A stretch of 64,000 nucleotides of DNA from contig MU004191.1 in NCBI GenBank assembly GCA_010093605.1, positions 480,816 to 544,815 on the forward strand. The letters run 5' to 3'. The DNA comes from Lophium mytilinum (Eukaryota). The position numbers and the translations under genes are program-made. How positions within the stretch are numbered: position 1 is the first letter of the stretch; the number at the start of each line of letters is the position of its first letter. The notes beneath the pieces were generated by a model. It searched no databases, was not told where the DNA came from, and saw nothing but the letters and a program-made list of their open reading frames with translations. Positions 47,509 through 59,820 of this stretch are shown here, one piece after another.

Positions 47509-48856
47509 TGTGGGGGTTTGCTAGGGTTTCAGAGCACATGGTTTAGGTCATGCGTCTAGGGAATCATCAATCAAGTAGAGGAATAGATCTCAACGACGTC
47601 GAAGAAATGAAGTATCAAAAGCGGTAATTCAATAACCTCGGCGTTGTGGCCGGATCGTGTCTCCTCGGTGTTTTCATGTCACAGGCAGGTGGGAGGACTC
47701 GATTGGGCGATGTAATGATAATAATACAGGGTTGGTATACGGCATTAATCTTGAGGGCCTCGATCGGGAATTGTGGTGCAATCACTTACGCATTGTGCGG
47801 TTACCCTTTGCACGGAGGTTATTCTAGACCCTGATCGGGTGACACTTGACGTGAAACTTCAATCCAAACTGGGAGGGAGGAGCTGTTTCAACCAGGGCTT
47901 TTCTCCAGGAAATGAGGCAATTGTTGATATTGGGTGCATTTCAGCCCCTCCAACACAGCACCAAACTTCATGCGCCTTCTTTTCACCCTTCTCCACGTTA
48001 CACACAATCACTAACCAATCAGCGTCCTCTCAGGTTTAGGGCTTACCTGACCGCGGCGAAGAATGGACCGCAGGAAGAGACCGGATGGCAACGAGGTTGA
48101 TGCCCCACAGGGCGAGGCAGCAACCCTTGTTCTATCACCCGATCGTGCATGAAGAGTTTGAAAACTCGTTAGTACCGCCTTGATAGGTTTTTATGTACTC
48201 CAGACATGTACCTACTGTATGTACAAACAGTGTTTAGGCCCAAATTTCAGGCTGTAAACAAACGTGGCCATGTACCCGACACGCTGCGACTTCTGTGGCC
48301 TCAACAAACACATATATACCCTTAGCTGACTGCGTGTCTCCCTCTGCGCTGCGGGCCGGAGCCGGGCATGCGACCTAGAGGGTCACTCCATCCTCGCGCG
48401 ACACGTCGCCAAGTCGTGGCCGCACGGCCGGACAAATTGATCGAGGGCCCGTCAGAGCCGTCTCCCGCCGTGTTGTCAGGCGTTGCTGCGAGCTAATGCC
48501 GGGTCGTAAAACATTGCATGGAGGCGCCTGCTAAACATCCAAGGTTTGTATTCGCACACTCTTAATGGCGCTTGCCCTGCGCGGCTGTCACGCACTTTTC
48601 CCGCCTTTTTTCCCCTCGCCGCTGCTTCACGACTGGAGGCTTTCCCAGGCCTAGTCTTCCTGTTCTCTGCACCTTTTCCTTTCTCAAATCTTCTCCTATG
48701 ACATGCTCTCGGCGACCACACTCTTTTTTTCATCTGCAACTCGAGACGCAGCACCGCCTCGAAGCCTGAAGATCGATGCCCGACGAGTGTCAACACCCAA
48801 ATCTAAATCCCACTCCCACCCACTGACCCCGCGTTACGTCCGACTCTACTCTCAAA

Positions 48857-51800
48857 ATGGAGCACATGGAACACATACTCCCGGACAGCATAACGAAGCT
48901 TGAGCGGTGTATTCCCAAAGCGCCAAAACAAGATGCCCCCATGACGGAGAGTTTCACTGTCGAGCACTCCCAAATCCTGCATGCCCCAGACAGCGGCGCG
49001 CCCTCCCCAGGAGCTTCTTCCCTCCCCAAGCGCCGTGATATGGAAAGTTCACTATTCAGCCTCTCTTCTTCTCAGTTCCTCTCGCCATCAAGCTCCACAA
49101 TCCTACCACCTAAGCACGACGACACCACGTCGCCGTCTGCTCCGTCCAATCTGACAAACTGGGCCCACCTTAGCCTGATCAAAACCCAGCGCAACGACCT
49201 CTCCACCTCGCTCAAGGCAACTCAGGTTGCCCATTCCGAGGCTCGCGCATCCGTGGCTGCTTTAAGACGACTCGCGTTTCGCCTCGCTGTCAACATCTCG
49301 GTAAAGGAGAACAAGATCGCTACCTCTGCACGAAGCTTGGCTACGAGCAGGAAAACGGAATATGTCTTAGGCACAGGACTGAGGGGTGCGGAGAGGAGGG
49401 TTGGTGAGCTAGAGCAGGAGTGGAGGGAGGAGAGGGCCCGAAACCGGGAGATATTGGAGAGCTTAGAGCGAGCCTCTGCTTTGACATTGCAATGTAAGTG
49501 CTATCTGGCCCTTGTTTACCTTTTTTCCCTTCTTCGCAGCTCATACACTTATAAGCACTATTGCCCCAAAATCCTCACAAATGTCACATCTCGTCTACGT
49601 TGTGTCTACTTTATCTTGCATTAGACACGCGGCTTACCCAGACCCCTAGATACCGACCCAAACAACCGCCGACCAGTATCTCCGCCCTCGTCACCGCCCA
49701 CTCGCATTGCCACTCTTTCACAATACAGTCGCGCCGGAGAAAGCCCACCTAGAACACCCACCCATTCTCCCAAGACCTCCAAGTCATGGGACCTCATCAA
49801 CCCTAACTCAGCCCACCACCAACGCTACCCTAGCACACCAGACACGATCGAGATCCGTACCTCCAATGACCGCCTCATCAAAGCGAAACGCGAGTCCGAC
49901 CACGCCCTGTTAGTCGCGCGCTCTCGCATAGAGGCGCTACAGGCCGATTGTTTTCGAAGCAAGGAGATCGCGAAGCAGCTAGAGCTGAATCGCATTGAGC
50001 TCGAGGATGAGATTGCGGGCTACAAGGCGCGAGTTGCATCGCTCGAAAGCTCAAAAGCAGCTGTGAAAGCAACCCTGAGGGCAACTGAGGGGAAGTTTGA
50101 AGATGCTTCGAGGCTAGAAAAAGAGCTTCGAGGCGAATTGGATGGAAAAACGCGGGAGATACAGATGCTGGAAACGAAGGGCCATAAGAGCGAGGCAAGC
50201 CTGAAGGCATTAGGCGAGTCGAACCGGCTATTGGAAGAAGAGGTCAAGAGCTGTGGGGAACAAATCGCGCAGCTGGAGAGGGCAAGAGTCGAGATGGAGG
50301 CAGAGGTGGTGGAGCTTAAGAGGAGGATGGAGCGTGCAGAGCATGGGGAGGTTATGCTGGAGTCTAGGCTGGCAGCCAGTGAGAGTGAGAAGGGCACGCT
50401 TCAAGCCCAGCTGGACAAAAGTGCTGCGAATGTAGGAACGCTGGAGAAAGCAGCCGCTTTCTTTGAAGAGCAGGTTCGCGACTACAACGAGAGGATCACG
50501 TCATTAGAGGGATCGGTCAGCTGGCTGGATGATGGGCTAAAGAATGCTCACGGCTTGAAGCGGCGCGTAGAGTCGGAACTGACAGCTATGCGGGCGACTG
50601 TCGCGGAGCAAGAATCTAGCATCGCATTTATCAACGAGGCAAATGCTGGCCTACGAGCGGATCTGAAGAGTGCTCGGAACACCAAGACAGCGCTTGAGAG
50701 CGACCTGAACTTCATGCGGGAGCGACTTCTGGCTGAAGCAGATGCCAGGGCCGAACTGCAAGACGAAGTTCGCTCTTTGCAGTATCTGAAGAGCAATTTA
50801 GAGGATGACCTACGAGACGCTCGTACGCGTATTGAAGAGCTTGATCGACCGGAGATCCTCGAGGAGCTTCAAGCTTTGAAAGTGTCCAAGAGCTCTGTAG
50901 AAGAGCGGCTTCAGTCTGTGCAAAAGACTTCCATAGACCTCCAGGAGGATCTTCGATTGACCAAAGAGAAGCTCGCAACTATGGAAACAGCTAAGATAGA
51001 TCTCTCCTCCAAGCTCCAGCGGTCTGAAACAAAACGAGCGGATCTGGAATCTAAGCTGCTCCTCTCGGAAACGGCGAACTCGTCCCTCAAGCATGAGATA
51101 CAACATATCACCCAGTCCAAAGCCGATACCGAGGAGCGTCTTTCGAAGCTCAAGTCTTCCCTCGAGTCAAAACTCCATGAGTCTGAACGTGCACACAGGT
51201 AAGCCACTGTCTAGGGTTCTTCAATACATTCCAAAAAATCTGACTCCATGAACAGCTCTCTGCAACAGGAAGTAGAGGATATCCGTTACTCGAAAGAGGA
51301 AACCGAAGAACTCCTCCGAAAGGTCCTCGAATCGAAAGCATCCCTTGAATCCAGGCTCCTTGAATCCGAAACCTCGAACACGTCCCTTCAGCATGAAGTC
51401 CAGTCTATACGGGAATCCGAAAGCGAGACAAGAGAACAACTTTACAGTATACTCAAGTCACAAGTCTCCATTGAGAACAGACTCTTTCAATCTGAGGCCA
51501 GCAACACCTCCCTAGAAAATGAGCTTCAGCATGTGCGCCGATCTGCAGAAGAAACCGAGCAACAGCTGCAAAGCATTCTGAAATCTAAAGCATCACTGGA
51601 GTCCAGATTCCTTGAAGCTGAGTCCACGAACAATACTCTCCAGCAGGAAGTCGAGCGCATTCGCCGTTCAGCAGAGGAAATTGAACGCAATTTGGACAGT
51701 GCACTTGAATCCAAAGCATCCCTTGAGATGAAACTCCGCGAGTCCGAGACAAGCAACACTTCTCTCCAACAAGAAATCCAAAAGCTCCGGGACGCCGTAA

Positions 51801-53302
51801 AGCAGACTGAAGAACTACTCTCCAGCGCTCTACTTTCTGCCGAAACTGATAGTACAAGGCTCTCCGCCCGCATCTCCGTTGCCGACCTCGAGCTCGGCAC
51901 TCTCCGCGCTACAAATGCTGCGCTCGAGTCTTCAGAGCGACGTCTCTCGGCGCGCCTCTCTGTCGCCGAGAACGAACTCGCTGCTGTGCGCCGCGCAAAC
52001 CAGGAGCTTGAAGAGTTCCTAGACCAGGCCGAAAATGATATGATGGTCGCTGAGGCATTCACAGTCGAATGCCAGAATCAGCTTGAAGGCTTCGTTGATG
52101 AAAGCAACATGAAGCTAGCAGTAGCAGAACGCTCGCGCTTAAAGTACAAGCGCCGGCTAGCGACGAAAGGGAAAGAGCTCGACATCTTGAAAGATGAGAA
52201 CGAGACGCTTTCCTTACAGCTCGAACAAAAGAGCAACGAGATCGAGGAAGTTCGACGTAAGGAAGAGAAGATGAGACAGGAGCTGGCTGACAAAGACCGC
52301 ACTATCGAGGCGATGGAGCGGAATAGGGCTGAGTATAAAGCTAGCATGGACGCCATAGAGTTGGAGCTTACGGAGCTGAAAGAGAGTAAAGAGACGTTCG
52401 AGAAGCTAGTCCACACCCTACAGCAAAAGACGAAGACCCTGGAAGTTCTGAACGAATGGCACGAGGCGCCTAGCGATGAGGAAGGCGATGCGTTCACCCT
52501 CGGTCCACTTGGGTTCGAATTTGGACTCGATCAAAGGATGAAGCAGTTACAGGCGCAGGACCCCAACCCAATCGACTACGGAAAGGAGAAGCCTGACGTG
52601 GAGAGACCGAGTTTGATGTCGAGCAATCGCCGCAGCATCCGCAGTAAGCGGAGCTTAGAGAACGCGAACCAGAGATATGAGCCAGAGAGGCCGGTCAGCC
52701 AACGTACAAACGGTACAGCCGGATCGATACGCACGACCACAGAGGGCGATGCTGAGCTGGACGCGTGGGCAAAGGAGGTGGAGCGCGTGCGCATGCTAAG
52801 AGACGAGACAGCAGTGCAGCTCAAGGGTATGAAGAAGCTGAAAGCGAATCTACGCAAATCGCTCAAGAAGAGCGAGGATGAGCTGGAACAGCTGGAACGG
52901 ACCAAAGCCAAGGCCAAGGCCAAGAAGGAGAAACTTGCCAGTCGACCATCTCCTGGCTATCCAGGCTTGCTTCGTACCAAGAAGACCTCGAGGTCTACCA
53001 GTGGACTTGGCTCTCTAGATAAGGAGACTGGACCACGTCCTGGCCTCGCTCCTAGACCACACACCTCGCTTGGCCATGAAGCAGCGTCATTCTTCCGCCC
53101 AGGCTCGTCAGCCTCGAGGACCTGGAGTGGGGGCTTGCATCGAAAGAGCGCGGCTCTATCTACGAGCACGGATATCGAAGGGGCAGCGGACCTCGATGGG
53201 GCCAAGGAAAGCGTTGCGAAGAAGGAAAAGGATGGGTGGCGTCTCACGCTGAGGGGTGCATTTGGCTCTACAGGGAGGAAAAGGAGTCTGCTCGTTTCTT
53301 AG
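48857..53302 (+). CDS. Large coiled-coil protein, 3 exons, unknown function
   Basis: Exons about 48857-49493, 49650-51198, 51256-53302 splice in frame; long heptad regions with internal 42-aa repeats. Confidence 0.8.
51251..51830 (+). repeat. 126-bp (42-aa) degenerate coding repeat
   Basis: N(S/T)SLQQE...SKASLESRLLESET units spaced at 51251, 51377, 51503, 51629, 51755; shorter related unit at about 51078. Confidence 0.85.
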
Positions 53303-53582
53303 AATGTTGCATTAAGCATTGCGTGTGGGGTTGAAGCTTGAGCTCTATCAAAACATTATTATCGTTCGAGTAACAGCCCTATACATCCACCTTAGCGAGT
53401 ACCTCTTTGTGGATTACGGCGGGCATCATGGGGTTGATGGAGGAGTATATGTGACTCTGTAGAAGTTATTCACGCCGTGCATACTACAAGAACCTCTTCG
53501 TCCGTCTTCTTCGTGAGTTTCCATGAGCTCCTTGTGCCAGGGCTAAATTGAACAGCATTCCGAGCGGTTAAACATATTTCAT

Positions 53583-54287
53583 TTACTCCACATTCTCAAT
53601 ATCCACCGTCTTCACCTTGACCCCAATCTCCCTAACCTTGGGCACCAATATCCTCAACAACCCCTGCCCCAACCTCGCCCGCACCCCAACCGCATCCACA
53701 TCCCCCGGAAACGTAAACGTCCGCTGATAATGCCCCACCCTCCGCTCCGCCAACCACTCCCTCACCGGCCATTGCTGCCCCTTCCCCGCCTCTATCTCCA
53801 TCTTCCGCCGCTCCAACTCCGCCTCCCGCACACACGGCCCCCCATCCTCCTCCTCCACCTCCATCGCTGACCCGACATCCCGACACCCATCCCCATGAAA
53901 CACCTTCCGCGGGTGCTGCGTGTGCTCCGCCCCGTCTAGATCCCACTCCCCGACTATATCCACCCGCCCCACCCGCGCTTCAATCGCTAGCGTCCGCCGG
54001 TCCACCCACTCCAGCCGGATCGCCCGCTGGTCGCGGATCCCCGGGAACTCGCCTTCGAGGAAGTAGGCGCGCTCGGTTTCGCGCACGTCGAAGTCTGGTG
54101 CCAGCACGTCGTGGCGCGGGTGCCGCCGCGGGGGTGGGGGCGGGTAGGGGGCGTCGAGGAGCTGGCCGAGGAAGCGGAGGGGGGCGCGGTGGGTGTGGGT
54201 TGACGAAGGGGGGAGGGATTGGGTGTGTTGGAGGACAGGAGCGCCGGCGCTGGCGGTGCCGTGGAAGAGGTTCGTGAAGGGTGCCAT
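53583..54287 (-). CDS. Small heat shock protein (HSP20/alpha-crystallin)
   Basis: PDFDVRETERAYFLEGEFPG and ERRVGHYQRTFTFPGDVD...ARLGQGLLRILVPK motifs; ATG 54287. Confidence 0.9.
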   Translation of the reverse strand: MAPFTNLFHGTASAGAPVLQHTQSLPPSSTHTHRAPLRFLGQLLDAPYPPPPPRRHPRHDVLAPDFDVRETERAYFLEGEFPGIRDQRAIRLEWVDRRTLAIEARVGRVDIVGEWDLDGAEHTQHPRKVFHGDGCRDVGSAMEVEEEDGGPCVREAELERRKMEIEAGKGQQWPVREWLAERRVGHYQRTFTFPGDVDAVGVRARLGQGLLRILVPKVREIGVKVKTVDIENVE

Positions 54288-55513
54288 GGTGAGGTGGAGC
54301 GGCGAGGTGGGTTTTGGGGGGTTGGTGTGCGCGGCGTGCTCCGGGGAGGAGGGCCGCGGGTGGTTGGGGGGTGAGGCGGGCGTTTTGGGCGGTTTTTGGG
54401 GGGAAAGGCTGCTGGGTGCAGTGGTTGGGTGAGTTGGGTTGTTGAAGGAGATGTCGTGGGTGGGTTTGGGAGAACTGTTGGTAGAATTGTGGGATAGGTT
54501 GTGATGTTTTCTTTTCGTATGAGGTAGGACGTGTGCAAGATGTCGCAACGCTGGATTTCTTCTTCTCGATGTATGGAGATATGCGCTCGTGTAGTTATGA
54601 AAAGTAGATGTACCGCCAAAAGTCCTTACAGTTTATGTAAAACGCGTTTGCTTACCATCCCCTCCTCCCTACCGCACTCATATAAGTCGCCCTCCTAACC
54701 GTAGCACTACCCAGGAAGACTCATCCTCCGCAGCGCTAGGCTGAGGTCTCATCACCAGTCTCCACTCCACCCGCACTCCACACGTCGCGCGACGCTGCTC
54801 ACCCACAGTGGCGTGAGACGGCCCCTCAACACCAGCCAAGAACAAGCTTTCTTTCTCCATCCCTCATCTGACATCAGATCAGAACCCCCTCCTCCGATCC
54901 AGATGTGGCGATCGCTACATTCCCCCGGCACGATGGTCACGTTACAATATGTTGCCAAAAGTCGAGCACACACTCTGTCTCCCACCGTCAGGGGTTGGTT
55001 CCTCAAAGCATATCCTCATAGTTCAACACAACGTAAACAAAGTCCGAAAGAGCTTGAAACCAGAAATCTACAACCTACCAACTCGCCACTATCCGCACTC
55101 CTCCAGCACCTCTCCACGAGATTCAGAAACAGACGGCGAGGCCCAAACCCCATGTCCTTCCCCCCCACCCCCTGGCAACGCTGGAACGAGCATCACGCCA
55201 CGCCCCTCGGCCCGCCCCGCTCACACCACGCTTCCCAACCAACCCGCACCATGGGATTCTTTGCAAGAAGGCGATGTGGGACAATCCCCAGCTTTGCATA
55301 GCTTTGTATAACCTGATGCTCAGCACACCGCGGCGCCGATCCATTCCCAAAAGCCCGGGGCATGGTACGGAACAACATGCAACCCAGTGTTGGAACGCGG
55401 CGAGCGTGTGTATGCGAGGCAGATTTGTTGTCAGCCGCCCACCGCCGCGCCCGCGTGGCTAAGCGATGCGCATCGCGCGAGAGAAATAAAGTACGGTAAG
55501 GTAGGACAGCAGG

Positions 55514-55520
55514 TATATAA
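55514..55520 (+). promoter_or_regulatory. TATA box upstream of the microprotein gene
   Basis: TATATAA about 125 nt upstream of ATG 55642, followed by a CA-rich leader. Confidence 0.5.
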
Positions 55521-55641
55521 GCTGGATATCGCCGGGGGGTGTAGCTACTTCACCATCATCACATTTGCGGTCCAGCAATAGTATATTCTAAACAACACAA
55601 TCTTGTTCATCACGCACACAACCTACCAACACACCACGTCA

Positions 55642-55982
55642 ATGACCAACTTCGACCCCTACTCCGCGCAGAAAGCGGCAGAGGCGACGTGCTGTGCGCG
55701 CACCGCAGCAGAGAAAGCGGCGTTTGCGCGCGAGGAGGCGGCGATTACGAGCTATGAGGAGGGTTGGGATGATTGGGATGGGCCGATCTGGCCGAAGGGG
55801 ACTGTGCAGGTGGTGTTGAGTACGTTTCCCCACCTCTTTCCTTCATTTCTTGCGCGTCGTGCGAAAGGCGTTGATGTATGGGAGGGAAACATGCTAACGA
55901 CTGTTGCTTGACGGTAGGGTTTCCCGCCGCGGAGGAAAAGGATGGCACGAAGACCCCCGATACGCAGTTGGGAGACCACTAG
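55642..55982 (+). CDS. 80-aa two-exon microprotein, unknown function
   Basis: Exons 55642-55819 and 55918-55982 total 243 nt; intron GTACGT...GCTAAC...TAG; MTNFDPYSAQKAAEATCC...WDDWDGPIWPKGTVQVVLRFPAAEEKDGTKTPDTQLGDH*. Confidence 0.65.
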
Positions 55983-57161
55983 CAACTGCGCGGCTTCCGT
56001 TGAAGGGCAAGGAGGATAATTCCATACGACGACGACGATGACTACGACAAACGACAGAGCGACTATTTGACGACACTTCACTCCGCATGGCACGGCGCAC
56101 CGAGACGAGAAGGCGTTTGGCGTTACAATGATATTACCAGAAACGGGCACTCCCACTCCCCAACCACTCCAGTGCGATTCTCAGGATCCCCAGAACACAC
56201 ATAATTACGGCATCATGATTTAGACTCGGAAACAACCCTGGGCGTTTAGAACATCTTAGACCGGTGAGAAGAGCGCGCACTCTCTTATCCTCTCTCACTA
56301 GAAAAGGACTTGTTGTGCGGGGGACAACGCAGAAAACCGTAATCTGTATAATTACATACCAGGGGCAGATTTCCGAGAGCACCAGCGAGAAAAGCTTATC
56401 TCACTCACTCGTCTCCGGAAACACCAATTCAGCTCAGCTTCATTCTTCAGTGTCGACTTGCCATATCGACGTGTTCAGATCAGTGTTACTTACCGCAACG
56501 TGGGGTTGCGTCGACATAGATATTCGATATGAGGTGATAGTCTGAAGCATGCGAATCGGAATCGCAGTTGGCTATGAGTAGCAAGTCCCCATCACCATCA
56601 CGGATGTCCCAGTGAACTCGTGGAAAGCAGGACAAGACGTAAGTTTCCTAGTTTAAGCCCCCACTAACCTTGTGAGAAGGGTTCCAGTCAGTACAAAGCA
56701 AATCATCCCAGATAGACTGACAACCTCGAACAAGCAACATGTCGTTGTATTGAATCCTACAAGCGCACAGAAGGTCGTTTGCTTGGGGGCCCGGAACGCC
56801 GTATTTCTGCTTTCTGCCGGTTCCGCAGATTATATCATAGCAGCCAGATGCCTCCGATAACGCCAATAATGAAGAAAGGAAGAAACGCAGAGAGACAAGA
56901 CAACAGAACAGCAGAGCCGTTAAAGCCCGCACTTCGAAAACCCCGTTTCTGTTTCGTCCTGAGAAATACCACCCAAAAAGCCGACTCGCATGGTCGATGC
57001 CGATACCGATACCGCCAGCAAATGCCCTTTACCGGCGCCAAAACGCCCCCACAGGATGAATAATTTGTTTGAATACAGCAAGACATATCTTTAAGAGGAG
57101 AGAGAAGATCAGAGTCAGAACTTTTGCAGACTCCATCTGTGTAACAGATGGAGTGCTTCCC

Positions 57162-58529
57162 TCAGGTCGGATTTTGAATCTTCAGATTCATCACGTATTG
57201 CATGAGCGAGCAGTCGTCGCATTTAACGAGCGCCTGTAGCGCCTTGACTCTCGCTTTCAGCAGCTGGTTCTCGTCCGCCAGGTTTTTCTTGTCCTTCTCG
57301 ATCTGCCGGATGTACGCAGTCGCACTGGCCAGCACGACGGCTTTGCTCGGCTTCGATGGTGTCGGGAGGTCTTCGATGTCTGCACCGTCGCAGACCCGTT
57401 GCTGGTTTTGGTGCAGTGCCGGTACCACGCGGCGGAGGGAATCGAGCTGGGTGTTCAAGCTCTCGCGGTATTTGCGCTCGACTTGGTTGTGGGGGAGTCG
57501 GCGGCGCGATTTGCCCTTTTCTTCGGGCAATGGGGCTAGCATGTCCTCTGGTGAGCCATGCGAGGACGCGGCTTCGCTCTTGAGTCGGGGCTGGATCTCG
57601 GCGGAGCTGCTCTTGCTGAATTGGCGTCCCGAGGGCTCCCGCGAGGAGTCACTTTCGGTGCGCTTCTTTATCCGCGATTGGATCTCTACGACACCTTCGG
57701 GGATATCTTGCGGATTCATAGTTCCGAGTAGGGATGAGTCGATTGTTGTCGGCGTTGGGAGGGCGTCGTCGAACAGGAATGGTGCACAGCCGCCTCCGCA
57801 GGTGGATGGATTAGGTGGGCTGCCGCCTTCGGAGTGATTTGGACACAGTGGTGAGGTCCAGCAGGCTGAGATGGCGTCCGGCTTGTCACTTGCCCTGTTC
57901 CGCTTCGATTTGGTTTCTGTGCTCGTGTTTTGCGCAGCGTTGTCTAGAGCTGTGGTCTTGGTGTTTGGCAGTCCGGTAGGTCCGTTTGGAAAGGTCAAAT
58001 CTTCCACAAAGCCAGACTCTGAGGGCTTCGAGAACATGGACGTAAAGTCCTGGTTCTGGTTTGGGTAAGTTCGCGACCTCTCGGGATTGGGCCTCTTGGT
58101 CGATGTGGATTGGGGGGACTGTGTGGCTCTCGAGGCTTGGTTTCGCGAAAGCGATTTGTTAGGGTGGAAGACAGTGTGTTCGGATGCTGAGATTCCGGAG
58201 GTGGGTTCAGGCGAGGATTCGGATGTGGAGTTCTCGCCGGCTATGGTGTCTCCAAAGGGCTGGAGAACTTCCAGGTCGCTGAGGAAGTAGTCGTTGGGGT
58301 TATAGTAGGCGTCGGAGAAGAAATTGTCTCCTGTTCCAAGGAGCGAGCTCTCGAAAGCGCTCGTATCAGCGGACTCCTGGGCTAGCCCGAAGGACTGGCG
58401 CGCAGAAGTAGATGACGAGGTGGTGGCATCGGACGAGCGGCCTGCCGTCGTTCGAGGAGCATCAGCCCACCGGTCGTTGGGTAGATTGAGGCCCTCGTCA
58501 GTGAGGAAGGCATTCCAGTTGAGTGACAT
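57162..58529 (-). CDS. bHLH-zipper transcription factor with SREBP-type Tyr in the basic region
   Basis: HNQVERKYRESLN...LRRVVP...KPSKAVVLASATAYIRQIE then a leucine zipper; ATG 58529 (MSLNWNAF). Confidence 0.9.
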   Translation of the reverse strand: MSLNWNAFLTDEGLNLPNDRWADAPRTTAGRSSDATTSSSTSARQSFGLAQESADTSAFESSLLGTGDNFFSDAYYNPNDYFLSDLEVLQPFGDTIAGENSTSESSPEPTSGISASEHTVFHPNKSLSRNQASRATQSPQSTSTKRPNPERSRTYPNQNQDFTSMFSKPSESGFVEDLTFPNGPTGLPNTKTTALDNAAQNTSTETKSKRNRASDKPDAISACWTSPLCPNHSEGGSPPNPSTCGGGCAPFLFDDALPTPTTIDSSLLGTMNPQDIPEGVVEIQSRIKKRTESDSSREPSGRQFSKSSSAEIQPRLKSEAASSHGSPEDMLAPLPEEKGKSRRRLPHNQVERKYRESLNTQLDSLRRVVPALHQNQQRVCDGADIEDLPTPSKPSKAVVLASATAYIRQIEKDKKNLADENQLLKARVKALQALVKCDDCSLMQYVMNLKIQNPT

Positions 58530-59060
58530 GGTGACTGCTTGACACAGCCGTGACAATGGCCTGTTCTTGCTCAGGAGAGGGCACAAGCAAGTTTCTCCGC
58601 ACCGGAAGATAGGGCTGGTGATAGCACGAGAGGAGGCACTGGGGGCAAATCAGGAGCGCGTCGTCAGATATGACCGTGCCGGCGGGTGGTCGTGTTGGAT
58701 TGAAGTAGGAGGGCAGGTGGTGGAGAGACACTGGCGGGGAAGGGGACGAGGAAACTTCTGCTACAGAGCATGCAATGCCGGGAGGTTAGGCCTGTCGTAA
58801 GGCTCCGGGCGGCTCGTGTGCTTATGACTGACACGGAACGATCTTTGACGGCGGGACTGCTGGGGAGGGCGTTCGGCAGTGTGCTCAAGGGGCAGATGGA
58901 GATGGTCCGGCGCGATCGATGGGCGTCTCGATGTGCCAGTCAGCCGTTGGGGCTGCCGTTGGATGGCAAGCGGAAGCGTCGTCAGGACAAAAGGCAGAAT
59001 GATCGCCTCTCTGGAACTTCGGCAGCTCGGATTTGCTGCGACGCTGAGGCCTGCGCGGGC

Positions 59061-59100
59061 GCTGTGAGGGCCTGTGAGGGTCTGTGAGGGCACTGTGAGG
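59061..59100. repeat. 10-bp tandem repeat (ctgtgaggg x4)
   Basis: gctgtgaggg cctgtgaggg tctgtgaggg cactgtgagg in the divergent promoter of the bHLH gene. Confidence 0.8.
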
Positions 59101-59247
59101 CCGGCTGCGTGTCTGAATGGTGGGGCCTTTCCGCGAAGTCAGGCCACACCGGAGGACTTGTGGCGTGACATGTGCACATCTGGCCCAGGGCCACGCTTGG
59201 CGGAAGTTGCATCGCGATTGCTCATAAATCAGCCGGGGACCGTCGAT

Positions 59248-59820
59248 ATGGCGCCGCGAAAGCACCGCATCATGTCGAATTCAAACACAAACAATCAGCA
59301 AGAGGAGATGGAGGGAGAGCGGCGGATGAACACCCCTCTTCTACCATCAGAAACACCTGGGCGGCCTGGCGCTAACGAAGCGATCGCCGACAGCCCGTTG
59401 CACCCGTTGCTCCCGTTGCCGTCTCTCGGCGCCGCCCGTGTGCCTCCACCGTCTTTCCAACTCCATGCTGCTGAGCACATTGAAGGCGAATGCTGCCAAA
59501 TCACCGCCGACCGCAACGAGGCCACCACCCGCGAGCGTCACCTGGCATCCACACTTTTTCATCACCGCCACGCGAAGCCCACCGACGCGATACCCGCCCT
59601 GGACACCTTCAAGCGCAACTGGTACCAGGACTGGTTTGCAGACCGCTCCGTCGAGAAGACCGATCCCTACGGCTTCACTTCTGTTGGGACCACCACCCCC
59701 GTGAGCCCCAATATCAGCCGAGTCGGCAGCCCAGTGCCCGCAATGGGGGGCAACTATGCCACTGCCCGCCGCGCCAGTCTGGACCAGCACTACGCAGCAA
59801 CCGGCCAGGTGAGATTGTGA
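59248..59820 (+). CDS. Hypothetical protein
   Basis: ORF from ATG 59248 with C-rich third positions and a motif-like FKRNWYQDWF...DPYGF; start and last exon uncertain. Confidence 0.55.
   Translation: MAPRKHRIMSNSNTNNQQEEMEGERRMNTPLLPSETPGRPGANEAIADSPLHPLLPLPSLGAARVPPPSFQLHAAEHIEGECCQITADRNEATTRERHLASTLFHHRHAKPTDAIPALDTFKRNWYQDWFADRSVEKTDPYGFTSVGTTTPVSPNISRVGSPVPAMGGNYATARRASLDQHYAATGQVRL

Noticed and set aside
47912..48170. Isolated splice-like signals (CTAAC...CTCAG; minus-strand GTAAGC)
   Set aside because: Could not build a credible ORF or ncRNA model
51526..53247. Antisense ORFs opposite the coiled-coil gene (similar cases opposite other CDSs)
   Set aside because: Expected shadows of codon-biased coding strands
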